From Asterias rubens (taxonomy: Eukaryota): a DNA stretch of 64,000 bases. Positions 24,701 to 37,129 of this stretch are shown here, piece by piece. The position numbers and the translations under genes are program-made. Every line of letters begins with the position of its first letter. Position 1 is the stretch's first letter. The stretch spans positions 11,718,001 through 11,782,000 of the forward strand of contig NC_047068.1 in NCBI RefSeq assembly GCF_902459465.1, written 5' to 3'. Below the pieces are notes generated by a model. The model saw nothing but the letters and a program-made list of their open reading frames with translations. It had not been told where the DNA came from and did not search any database.

Positions 24701-27589
24701 GATGCTAAATTTGCATCGGGGATAAAGAATATTCATTTTGGTTTTACCTATATACACCGATATGTGTAAGCACTCCATACTCAATATTTGTCTGAGTTCT
24801 GTGGGAGAAAAACAAGTAGTTATAAAAAGAACAACTTTGCTTTCTTGTGATCAAGTAAAACAAAAGTGTCTATATTTCTTTGCAGTGTTTCAATGCATTC
24901 ATGATGCTTATCTGCAAGTCCTTTATAACATAGTGTTTCCAGAGAGAGAGAGACGGGCCATGATAGTTCTTGCAACTCAATGGGAGACTTTCTGGGACGA
25001 TAGAGGGCAGCAGACTTACCGGGTAAATCCATTGTTCTCAGAATTATGCGCATGTTCAGAACTACGTAAACAATGGAAATTTACCCGGTATGTCTGCTGC
25101 CATTTAGCGTTGGAAAGTCTCCTATTACTGCTTACATACCCCCAGGATTTAACACTAATCATGTTTCTCAGGGTGAGTCTTGATTCAACGAAAGAGTAAA
25201 CATCCATGACCAATGTTTTCAAAAAACTCTAGTGGCGGTAGACAATTGTCTCATGAATTCTGAAAATCTACTCAACTACAGTAGAATAAATAGCAAGACA
25301 ATTAAGTTCTCAAAGAACATAATCTACCCAACAGTAGATATACACATTGTGTTACCGCAAACCAAATTTATCTTCAAGTTCGCGCTAATCCTCAAAGCAG
25401 ATTGGCAGAATGGAGTGGTGATAAAAACCTATATTGCACGGCTAATATCACTACCATGGGTATTGTGTGTTCTATGTCACCAAGTTTGCTTGAAGGTAAA
25501 TACGTTATCACACGCGCGCTCGTGAAAATACGGAAAATATAGCGCGTCTGCGTCCCATATCCACGACACCCCGCACTGGATAGCAAAGATATTTTTCACA
25601 ACTTGTTCAATTGCTCAGTGGATGGCACAGGGTCCCGGGTCGTCATGGTAACAAGGATGTTGACATAAGTCTTGTTTTGTAGGAAGTGGCTTCCTCTTCT
25701 GTGCATATGAATGTTGTCGCTGCTGTGTAGCTGTTCGGCATTGGGAAATCCATGGTGATCAGGAGGGAGTGGGGTTTCAGTTGGGTTTCTTTTTATATTC
25801 GCAAGTAGACTGAGAATATGTGATGAAAAAATATATATTTGATTCTTATCCCAATGAAATACAAAGTATTGCATCATGGAGATCTGTTTTTAAGAACATG
25901 CTCTGATGTTGAGCACTTTAGTGGACAAAAAAATACAGACGAATTGCAAATTTGGGCAAACCCTGGGAAATTGCGATTTCTTTGAATTAAGCTACCCTGG
26001 CCTTGCAGCATAAAAAATCCCACGTAAGTTATCAGTAAATACCAAACAACAACTTGCAATAACAAGGGAACAGCCCACACATGACATCAAATATTGCCAT
26101 TTTGACGTGCACTGTCAATGGCAGAAGTGTTTCTAGTTTTTCAAAACCTTGAGGTTCAAGGAGCCTTATTTTATGGGTAAGGTTCAGAAGTGTACAAATA
26201 TCAAAATTACGATTGAATGATAAACGAACACATTATAAACCACATTAAAAAGCACTCCTATTAAAGCTGTTTAAATTCCCAATGGTAGCCGATTTAAGTC
26301 ACATAACTATTTTTCTTCGGTTGCCATCGACAGCACTTTACAAATCAACAATTCTAAAACAGAGACACTCAGACCATTAGCTAGATCGTTTATTGAGTCT
26401 GTCTACTTTGGAATAATACAATTATGTATTCCACACCAGCATGGGCGAATGGCGGCATGAGTGGTACCCTGCATGGGTGAGACGTGCAAGGATTGGGTCG
26501 GCATAAATCTCTGCACCCCAAACTAGAACAGCAATTTACATTGAACCCAAGTCTCGACACTCCTGGGATGACAGGTCTTTTTTTTCAGCTGCGCCAAGTG
26601 TCTGGAAATCTCTCCCACTTTGTCTTAGATCTTGTCTTTGTACCACAAAATTAAAAATTCTTCTCAAAACTGATTTTTATGTCACAGGTTTTCAAGGACT
26701 AATTTTGGTTGTGTCTGCTTTCTCTTGTTTTGTTTGTGGTTTAAATTTGCCTTGAACACCCAGCAGGGTGGATATGTGCCCATTACAAGTCTTTATTATT
26801 AATGTTATTATTAATTTCATCTGGGTTTAGGTAGACTCTGTAGGAAGCAAGACTGTCTCAGACGATGGAACAACAAAAAATATGTAAATGTTTGGTGTCG
26901 CCTGTCAGGCAGACAGAGTTTGTTTGTAATTACAACAATGTGAAAGCATCTTCAACTATGCGCACACTTAAAGATGCTCTAAATTTGAATAGAAAGGGAA
27001 TGTTTTTACTTAGAGGATACACCTACATAATAAACCATATGCGAATTAGATTTGAATAATGTCTGGTACAATGACTTGCTTGATCACAAGTTACTGCTTT
27101 AATTTGAATTACTCAGACTATTGAGGTAGACTGCGTAGGTACAGTAGTATGTACATGTAAGAGACAGTGGACACAAGTAGACAATTTTGAGTGAATACAA
27201 ATGGTACCAGGGTCTGCTCATCTGAAGGTTGCTATAAAAGAGTATTTTGACATAGCAACTGTCTCTATAGTCTGATGAATTCAAATTTAAACAGTAAATT
27301 GTGACTAAGCATGTCAATGTACCAGACTTCATTCAAATCTAATTCGCAAATGGCTCAGGTTGGGAATGATACTTTTCATCGGTCCTGTGAAATGTTGTTT
27401 TTAGTTTAGTTAATTCTTTTGTTTTGATAGAGGAAGAGGTATTCGACTAAATGATTTGGAGTTAAACAAAGGAACATTCAATAGAGAGGAATTTGAATTT
27501 TTGAACCAACGACCTCCGGATTAACTGCTCTACCAACTGAGATACATCCCAATGTTGACGACCTCCCTTTTTTGTCAATCGCAACCATA

Positions 27590-27955
27590 ATAATAATAAT
27601 AAAACGGCAGTTATATTGCGCAGTTACCTGTATAAATATACTCTACCGCATATTACAAGGTTTAAAAAAAAAAGCAGAGAAACAATGAAAAAACAAATAC
27701 ACAAACAGAGCAAGAATGAATTAAATGGGAGCAGTAAACAAATGAGTTTTTAACTTAGATTTAAATAAATTAGGTGAAGAAGACTGTCTGATGCAATTGT
27801 TTCAAAGATTTGGAGCAACGTATAGAAATGGCCGATCACCTAATGTAGCCCTAGATTTCCTAGATGGGTGAGATAACAATCTGTAATCTGCCACGACCCG
27901 GGGATCACACCCAGATTTATGATACAACCTGGGAAGCAGCAGCCGTGGGACCGTT
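27590..27955 (-). mobile_element. L2-clade LINE 3' end
   Basis: Translates ...SRATLGDRPFLYVAPNL*NN.IRQSSSPNLFKSKLKTHLFT*, with a (tta)n tail at about 27590. Confidence 0.8.
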
Positions 27956-28050
27956 AGATTTAATAGCAGAATTAACCATTTTTTTCTGGTTTTTTTTTTC
28001 TTCAGTTATTTTGTCAGCAGGAGATTTGAACATGGGATTTGAGGCATAAA

Positions 28051-28426
28051 TATATATTTGGTTTGCCGTAACACCATGTATGTGTCTACTTTCCAGGTAG
28101 AGTTTGTTCTTTAGAGACCTGTCTTGCTATATATTCTACTCCCGTGGAGTAGAATTTCCGAAACGTAGAGACCAATTAAGAACTCACTACGTGGTAGTGC
28201 AGTTAATAACGTTCCTATAAGCTAAAGTAAAAGTTCTAGCCAAGTTTCTGCCCAGGTAATAGTTAAAAAGCAGGTCAATTCTTTTCAGATCTGAGAAGTC
28301 TCCTGAAAATCTGAAAAATTTACTCCGTAGTAGTAGCATATATAATAGCAAGACAGTTCTCTAAAGAACAAACTCTACCTGGCAAGTAGATACACACATG
28401 GCCTTACCGCAATTCGAATACATATA
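28051..28426. mobile_element. Fold-back MITE with ~105-bp TIRs
   Basis: tatatatttggtttgccgtaacacc... / ...ttaccgcaattcgaatacatata. Partial copies lie at about 22949-23155 and 57718-57805. It ends 54 nt from an exon donor. Confidence 0.85.
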
Positions 28427-28479
28427 AGATTTGCACACTCACTATTAAGAAGATACAAAGAAATAATGACTTGTCTTAC

Positions 28480-29042
28480 CTGTCCATGAAATTCAATTCC
28501 CATGCTGAGTGTGTTGATGAGGATACACACTAGAATCCCTTGCATGAAGTATTTACTCTCAACAATCTCCTCGATCTTTTGACGGATCTTCCGGAAACAC
28601 GAACTGACTCCCGTCTTGGCTATCTTAAGATTCCCCTTCTCCTCTTCTTCATAGTCGGAGTCCTCCAAGTCCGAGTTGTCGTCGTTCTCAGAATCGGAAT
28701 CCGTCCAATCATAGTCTGGGTGGCCCTCGGGACAACCATGGGGGCAGGTACGTGAACTGTGGGAGGGGCAAGGGGAGCGGGAGGGGCAGGGGGAGCGGGA
28801 GGGGCAGGACGAGCGAGAGGGGCAAGGTGAATGGGAAGGGCACGATGAACGGGAGGGACATGGGGTGTGGACTGGGCAAGGCTGATGGACTGGGCAGCCA
28901 GCAGAGTGGACTGATAGACATGGGGAAGGGGGAGCAAGATGGGCACGTGTGATTGGGAAAGGAGAAGGTGGCTGGGTGAGGGGTGGGGCAGAGAGGCGTT
29001 GCCCTAGAGGTGGGTGCCCACCTTCTGGCATAAGGCCATCAC
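28480..29042 (-). CDS. Cav3: Cav3 exon: distal I-II linker and IIS1
   Basis: tcttcag|GT...CAG|gtaaga. It encodes GDGLMPEGG...(PCPSRS)n...acidic patch...IVESKYFMQGILVCILINTLSMGIEFHGQ. 563 nt, phase 1-0. Confidence 0.96.
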
Positions 29043-29626
29043 CTGAAGAAGACAAGAACACAATCAAGATTCACTCAAATTAAGGAAAAACAACAATCAC
29101 AAATCACAAATGTGGAAATATTGGGAAATAATTTCATCATGCAGCATTGGAAATGAAATCCGTCAAAAGTGCACCAACATTTGACATTCTTCCTATATAA
29201 TGTGCAAAGAAGCGATTGCGGAAAATATAAAAAAACATTACTAATTGAACAACAAAATGCCATGCGATTTTCATCCAAAAAATAAAAAGCTTGTTTTTGT
29301 GTCAAAAGCATCGAAGCTAGGGAGGGGTTTCTCAAGTGAACGAATCTAGAAGGAAGTGTGGGATGTCTCGCCCGATGGTCATTGTGCAAGTCAAGTTTAA
29401 ATCATGACGACAATTTTGTCCCCAGAAAATGGTTTTCAGCTAAAAGCTTGCCGACTATTGCTTACAACTGCATGGAATTTTGATGATGGTCAACATTAAA
29501 ATGAGGTGTTTAACAAAAACTCTGGGTAGCTAGCTCCCTTTTTTCTTTTGTCAGAGGAGAAATTTCTGATGAGAATACATTTAAATTTTTGATTTGAGTC
29601 TTGCCATGTTTTTGGTATGGACTTAC

Positions 29627-30425
29627 CGCTGGTTTTATTCCCGGTCCTGAGAGGGGGTGGTATTCTGTATTTATTGAGGGAGTCACCAAGGCAAAGTTCC
29701 TTCCATTGCTCCTGTAGCTTATTAGGAGGCACATCAGTCATTGTATTCAGCGCTGTCTCAGCGGTCAGTTTAGCCAGGGCCATATTCTGTCTTGTATCCT
29801 TAGAGTTTGTGGTGGGATAATTGATTGAGGAGGCCCGATGAATGGACAGAGTGGTCACTACGTGGTGATGTGGGGACGACTTGCACCGTGACCGACTGGG
29901 TATGGGTTCTAAGCGGGAGAGGTTCTCTGTGCAAAAGGTTATGGAGTGCAGCGAGTCATTGCTTGGTCCTAAGCTACCATTTGTGGACGGCACCATGAGT
30001 CTATTTTGCCTGGTTGGCGAGGAGCCAATATCACTGTTTTCAGGACTAGCCCTTGGCGCGTGAGAGCCGTTGTTCCCAAAGTGATAATGGTGGTGGTGGT
30101 GATGGTGGTGGCAGTGCACATGCACAGATTTCGTCCTACGTTTTTTGCGACGTAACGAAATGGCAGGCATCACTTTTTGTTGTCGCTTTCCTTGGATACC
30201 TTTGTGCCAGCGGCGGACTTTCCGCTTTGCCTGCCGCACAAGATGTCCGATGTATTTCAGGATCTCGTCGTAGCAGCTCCCGGGCTCTCCGTTGCTGGCC
30301 AGCGTGCTCGTTGAACGAAATCGTTTCCTCTGCTCCGCCATTAACTTACTCTCTCTTTGTTTTGTTTCAGAAAATTGAGTTGCTATGACTACTAGACACA
30401 AATTTATCAGGAAGAAGGCACCAAT
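29627..30425 (-). CDS. Cav3: Cav3 exon 8 equivalent: IS6, gating brake, poly-His, APRASPE
   Basis: ttttcag|ATT...G|gtaagt. It encodes [25 protein letters not shown]...[23 protein letters not shown]...[12 protein letters not shown]...APRASPE. 799 nt. Confidence 0.97.
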
Positions 30426-31012
30426 CTGAAAACCAAAAATGAACTTTTTTAGTGACGGAAGTTGTCCTCAGTTTTGTTTACAGAAGTTTAAGTTCACAAA
30501 CTAAAGAAAACAAATTGTAAACAAATTACTCAAATATGTTAAAACTTTCTTCGAAAATGATGTACTGATAAAGTTGTTAGTTTAGAAATAATGAAACTGG
30601 TGTTAACTTTGATACTAATTTTTTTTTTTAGCAGTTAAAACATGAACAGCAACATTTAGTTCAACCTTCTAAATCACCTTCAATGAAAATGTTAACAAAT
30701 TGTGGGAATTATCAGTAAACGGATGGAAAATGATTAAAACAAATGAAGAATGAAATATTAAAATGAGTGGACATCATCAGTCAAACTACATGCAGTGTAA
30801 CAAGCAAAAGTTGCTTACACGCATCGTTATAGAACCCTCACACAATGCGGAACGCATCTCCTACGAATACGCGTCTATTCGTTTCCACCATTTTGGGAGT
30901 CAAGTCCGTTGTGCACATCTTGGCTACCAAAGATCGGTGCCTTAAGTGCACTACATTTTGTTCAAGGAGTCTATTGGTAGACTGGGAAACGTTCACAATC
31001 TCATTCAGTTAA

Positions 31013-31394
31013 AGGAACACGTTGCCTTGGATCGGACGAGTTGGTAAATAAAAAGCGTTTGTAACCGATCGTTATAAAATGCATATGATTGGAAAGATGT
31101 TTTAAAAGTAGAATAGAATGATCCACACAAATTTGCCTCGAAATTGCGAGGTTTTCCTTTTACTTTGCGAACTAACACGGTCGGCCATTTATGGGAGTCC
31201 AAAATTTGACTCCCATAAATGGCCGACCGTGTTAGTCGACGAGGTAAAAGGAAAACCGTGCAACTTCGAGGCATGGTTGTGTGAATCATTGTATTCTACT
31301 TTTACAACATCTTTCTAACCATATGCATTTTATAACAAACGGTTACAAACGCTTTTCAAAGACCAACTCGACCGATCCAAGGCAACATGTTCCT
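31013..31394. mobile_element. Palindromic TTAA-flanked MITE family B
   Basis: ttaa|aggaacacgttgccttggatcgg ... ccgatccaaggcaacatgttcct|ttaa. The whole 382 bp is an imperfect inverted repeat around ggagtc-caaaattt-gactcc. Confidence 0.93.
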
Positions 31395-33290
31395 TTAACT
31401 CATTGATGTATTAGCTTGCCAAAGGAGACAAAACCATCTTGTACCATTTCAAAAGTGGATGTCAAACTTTTAGCTTGTTAATTTCTATCAGTTTCTGATT
31501 CAATATTCTTTTGTAGCACGCTAAATTTTAAAATAATTTTAAAATAATAGTATCTGTTTCCCAAGATACGAACAGTGTAAATATTATTGATGTCTTACGA
31601 GGGAAATAAAGTAGAGTGCATCGTAACATGACCATTTCCAAATTATTAGAAAAGTGAAAATAAGGAAGGTGCGGTTGACGGGGAAAGTGAAACATAAAGT
31701 TAAATTGTTAGAATGTTTTAGGATTACAAAAGCTCTTTACATATAGCTTTAAATTTGACATTTTTATCTAATAGGGGCAAAGCGACATCATTTAGAAAAC
31801 CTATAGAGCTGAAAGTAACAGAAGCACTTTTCCGTAACCAACATGCAAACCATTTTAAAACAATAGTGCTGCGTAACACTAAAGCACTGTATGAAATTTG
31901 TATAAATCAAATCAACATGATGAAATTAAATTACAACACGGCGGCACTTAGTGATCAATCAAAGAAAGAAATTGTAAATGCAGGTTTTCTTCATCAAAGT
32001 TGCTCAAAGCCGGAAGTAAAGAATGTAAACAAAATACTGAGGATGATTTCGCCAGATTTATAACTTTTCCAAATGATTTTGAAATTGTTGACACAGGGAT
32101 GTAGTGTATCAGGAGCTCTTTTGGTTTTGCAGGTATTTTAATGAAAAGGCAATCTGTTTGAGGGTCAAATCTGTTTTGAAGAGTTGAATGACCGTGTCAC
32201 AGAGGGCAGCAGACACTTTATGATTGCAAATACTTTCGAGTACGGGGTTTGGCAGTGGCTATGTCAAGATAATGAAAAGGCCTTACTTCAAAATTGCTGC
32301 AGCAGCCAGCGGTTTTGGTTGTAGCCAAATGTTTATGAATGATACTTGATTTTTGTTACAGTTCATGTTTGTTGTCATTTAGCCTTCGAAAAAGACTCTG
32401 CTATGATCGAAACGTCAGGACATTAACTTTTTTTTTGCATTGACCAAAGGTCCTTTTGGTTGGTACGCAGTGTGCATCGTACTGATTCAATTTTCTGACT
32501 TGACTTTTATTACAGTGCACCCAATGGTTCCTGCAATTGTCGTTGAGATTGTGCATTTATTTCCTATCATGTCTCAGGGTACCAACTGAGCCAACTATGT
32601 CTTCAGTGCTGGTTATAGCTCCTTAACTAGACTTACCAAAGTTGATTTGCCAATGTTCAGAATAGATACCGTCTAACCATGGTACATTAGTCATAGCAAA
32701 ACAGTCCTGAAGGCTCTTTGAATTTGTGATATTTGTTTCCCCACTAAAAAGCCTTCAGTCAAAATGGACATTGACTGTTCAATATGTAAAAGACTGTTTT
32801 AAATTGTTCCTATATTGCTGATGGGTTTATGGTAAATTTTGTACTATTTGAATTTGATAAATTTCGACTCCATAAATTATTTCTCTTTTTCTCAGTGTAC
32901 GTTTGGATTTTTATTCTACTTAAAACATTTTGAGCAGCACCAAAACACCGGACATTAATTCAAATTTGTGCAAGTCATCTATTTTAATTTTACCCTCCAA
33001 TTATTGCTCTTTTCCTTAGAAAGCATCTGGCTTTTATTTATTTATTTATTTTTTGAAACAGCAGCAAAACACAGTTAATCCTAAAAGTGACACAATTAAA
33101 GCTGGATAAATAAATGTGTGACAAAACAAGGACCACCAAGGAATGCTAAATTAATGTGCTCTTTTGGGAAGAGTTGTGATCAGCTGGGAGACAAGAAAAA
33201 CAGTCAGGAAGATTCAAGAAGACGAAATAATCATCTCCTTAAAGATGGACCAGAAGAGAAGCCTGTAATGAGAGTCTGCTTTATACTTAC

Positions 33291-33383
33291 TACAATGAGT
33301 ACGACAAAATACGCCCAATTCCAAAAACTATGCACATCTTGGATATGATACATGATATCCGTCCATCCCTCTAAGGTGATGAC
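33291..33383 (-). CDS. Cav3: Cav3 exon: domain I P-loop (selectivity filter E)
   Basis: cggccag|GTC...GTA|gtaagt. It encodes [31 protein letters not shown]. 93 nt, phase 0-0. Confidence 0.97.
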
Positions 33384-34816
33384 CTGGCCGATATAAATCC
33401 AGAGGGAGGGTGGTGGTACCCGAAGGCCGATATTAATCCAGAGGGAGGGTGGTACCAGAAGGAGGAATGTGAACAAAATACAAAACAATGATGTTTGGTT
33501 AAAAAATGAACTAACACAACATGCAGGACGAATGTGGGTCTTAGTGCCAGGTACAGCGCCCGGGTACGGCACCCGGAAACGGCATTGATGCTGAGCCGAC
33601 GACATTGATGCTGTTGATGATGTCCCTTGAAATGAAACTCATGCAAACTACGGCCTGAAACTACAACCTAACTTCAGGTCTTCAAATCTAGTTCAAGGCA
33701 TGCATGAGTTGTCAAGGGGTAGGAGAGAACACAGGATGGGGTAGCATTCCTCGAGGGAGAAGTGTCAGTCTACTTACAACAATCAACAACATAAAATAGA
33801 TCCAGACCCACGAGGAGTGTACGTCCTGGAGATAATACTGTATTTCAACCCAGCTTTCTAATGTGATAACCTGAACACGGATTGAGGAGAAAAGCAGATA
33901 GCGACTTGATAGAGAGAAAAAAACAAAAATACAACCTCAACAAATACAAAATACACAGAATGAAGAAGAATACAAAAACATGGACGTACAATAATAATCT
34001 TGAGAAAATATTAGCTACATTAAATATAAAAGAAAACACATACATGTAGCAAAGACAAACACACACAGAGAAATTTGCCAAGAACAAAGCAAACATCTTA
34101 GAAAAAACACAAGGACTTTCTCATCAAGAAGAGAAAACATGAGACAAAATGATGAATATGAGAAAAAAAACATGAACAACCGCACAACTAAGAAAACACA
34201 AACAAAAACTGACAAATAGGAAAAACAAGTGATAAAAAAGGATACTTGACGTACATTGTGACAAAACAAACATAACATCCAAGGAAGACGGTTGAAAAGA
34301 TGATGGAAGCTGACAAAAACAGACAGTGGAAAAAAACAAACTAACAAGACAAACTCACATAACATGGTTTGTCTAAAGAATCAGAGATGAAAACGATTTG
34401 TGGATGAAATCAGATGGAGGACAAATTACAAGATGCAGATCAAGAAAAATAATTTTTTTAAGAACCACAAGAAGAAAGGAAGAGATTGTCACAGAAAGTA
34501 TCTATAACTTGAAGAAGAGACTTTAGTTATGAGAATCCAACAAACATACATGAGTGAATGCACTCATATATGTAACAACACTTTGAAAAAGAAATAAATC
34601 TTACAGATCCAAATTACATTATGTGCAATCAGAAGCTTGCTTTCTCTACACAAGTGAATACAAGTGCAAATATATAGGACACTCATCGGAATAACAAAAT
34701 TAGCTCAAATCAAATCCTACAAAATTTTGTGCAGTTTTTGCTTCTTAAATATTTGTTTACTTCAAGATAGCTCAACAGTTCATTTGATTTGGAATTGTCA
34801 AACTTTCCTTATTTAA

Positions 34817-35197
34817 AGGAACACGTTGCCTTGGATCAGACGAGTTGGTATATAAAAAGCTTCTGTAACCGTTTTTTATAAAATGCATATGGTTGGAAAG
34901 ATGTTTTAAAAGTAGAATACAATGATCCACACAAGTTTGCCTCGAAATTGCGTGGTTTTCCTTTTACTGTGCGAACTAACACGGTCGGCCATTTATGGGA
35001 GTCAAATTTTTGACTCCCATAAATGGCCGACCGTGTTAGTCGACGAGGTAAAAGGAAAACCGTGTAATTTTAAGGCATGTTTGTGTGGATCATTGTATTC
35101 TACTTTTAAAACCTCTTCCAACCATATGCATTTTATAACAAACAGTTACAAGCGCTTTTTATAGACCAACTCGACCGATCCAAGGCAACGTGTTCCT
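34817..35197. mobile_element. Palindromic TTAA-flanked MITE family B
   Basis: Highly similar to 31013-31394, with TTAA on both sides. Confidence 0.93.
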
Positions 35198-36755
35198 TTA
35201 ATAAAGTTGTTGACATCATTGCCTAATGTAATGGTTAATGTTTTTGTTTTTTTCCATTCACATTCATATTTGGCTCATTTCAATTGCAGCAACTGATACA
35301 AGCAATGATTATTTGAGGGGTCTTCAAATTCTTAATAAAAGTTTGACCAAAATTTGACAGGATTGTTTCTCTGGAATGGATCTGGTATGAGTTTCATAAT
35401 CAGTGAGACATCAGATTGAAACTAATAAGTTTTAAAATTGATAATTAGCAAATCCTGCAAACTTGAAACACATCAAAGCGAACAAAGCACAATTTAGAAC
35501 AAAAAGAAGAGGGACAGAGGTAAACACAAAACATAAAGAGAGAGAAACTATTCCAGAAGTAGAATGAAATAAATAACATCTAAAAATCAAAGACAATTTC
35601 TTGAAGCTGTGTTGAGATAGGGTAAAGCATTGCTAAGTTGGTTATTTCTTAAGTTGTCTTGGTGGGTCAATCTCCAAGAAAACAGATGTGTACCAAACAC
35701 ATCTTTATTGGTATTCATGTTTTCTGGGGTTGCAAACACTTTGAATTAATGTAGCGCTGCTGTCCGATAGCTCAAACGATATGCCCACATTAATTTTTTT
35801 CAAAGGTTTCTCAAAAACTTGAGGTCTAAGATAAATTTGGTTGTTTTCCCTTTTAAAACGTTGTCATCAATAAGGAATGTATATGCTCGGAATTCTACAC
35901 AAGAAATTAAAGCGCACAGTGATTCAGGTCGGATTCGAACCACAAACATTATGCTAATCAGAATGAGCATAAAACGATCAAACTTTGAAAATCTTACAAA
36001 AAAATACCCCATATTAATTTAGAGACTCTTTCTTCATTTTATTCTCCCAAGTCATGTGAAAAAAAAATGCAGAGTGCTCAGTGAAGATTCGAACCCACGA
36101 CCCTTGCGTTCCAGTCCATTCATTCTCATGACGAAGCAATCAGCCATTTAATGACAAGCTGGAGACATCATGATTGCTGTTACATTTGGGTAAATCTTTC
36201 TTCAACATAAACCCAAACCAATCAGTGCACTCCTATATTGCCCATCAAATCTCAGAAAGGCTTATTGGATCTCAAAGTACTTAAAAATGGCACGACTTGT
36301 TGACAAAGCCTACATTTTTTCAGCCCAAGTTTATCCTTAACAAATTTAAATAAGTCAGACTTAGCATAATGTTTAAAATGTCAACTCTCCCTGTAGTATT
36401 TTCTGGTTTTCTTAGCGAGCATATCCCCTGAGCTATTTGGACAAGGCTAAATGGCAGTTTGGAAAAACAAACCATGTTTTTCTCAACAACAACTGTGTAT
36501 TTTTCAGAAGGCAACCAAAACAGTGCGTGAGCGCATAGAGGACAAAGCAGAACTAAAAACACAAGTAAGAGGTTCACATTCTAGTCGGCATTCTGGAAAG
36601 TGTGGATCTTCTTTAAACAAGGGAGTACAAGTACTCAAAGAAAAAAAAAATGGCTGAAAGGCAGAATAATAAATCATTGAAAATGAACATGATTATTAAT
36701 AACACTCTAAGAAAATATACACAACATGATGTCATTGATATTTGTCTTAGTCGCT

Positions 36756-37129
36756 GGCCCAATTTCATAGATCTGCTTATATTCACATGAATCTGCTTCA
36801 CAAATACTTTTGCTTTTTATAGTAGGTTACCAGCCAAGTTGCCATGGGATTGCATACTTCTGGTCCACAACGCTTCTTGTTCAGTGGATCAATTCATTAA
36901 GCAGTATTTTAAGTACAGCAAGGCCCAACTTCATGGCAAGCAAAAAATTGGTGCTAACAAGCAGGGAATTCTGTGCTTACTTTAACAGGTTAAGCAGTTT
37001 CTTTTTGCTTATGCATGTGCGAAATCCATGGTACTGGTCCTTCTTTGCTTACACAGCGAGGGTAGAAATTCAAAGAACGGCGATCGCAAGCCTAGAATTT
37101 GGCTGTAAACACAGTCATGAAATTGGACC
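36756..37129. mobile_element. PIF/Harbinger-like MITE
   Basis: ggcccaatttcat ... atgaaattggacc. Same family as 15407-15831. Confidence 0.7.

Noticed and set aside
28540-28952. Alternative-frame and antisense ORFs (Pro/Ala-rich, Gly/Arg-rich) overlapping the linker exon
   Set aside because: They are by-products of the GC-rich 18-bp coding repeat. Only the PCPSRS frame joins IIS1 in phase.
33845-34365. Hydrophobic F/L/V/C-rich ORFs resembling membrane proteins
   Set aside because: Translation of T/G-rich low-complexity DNA. There are no motifs and all three frames look alike.
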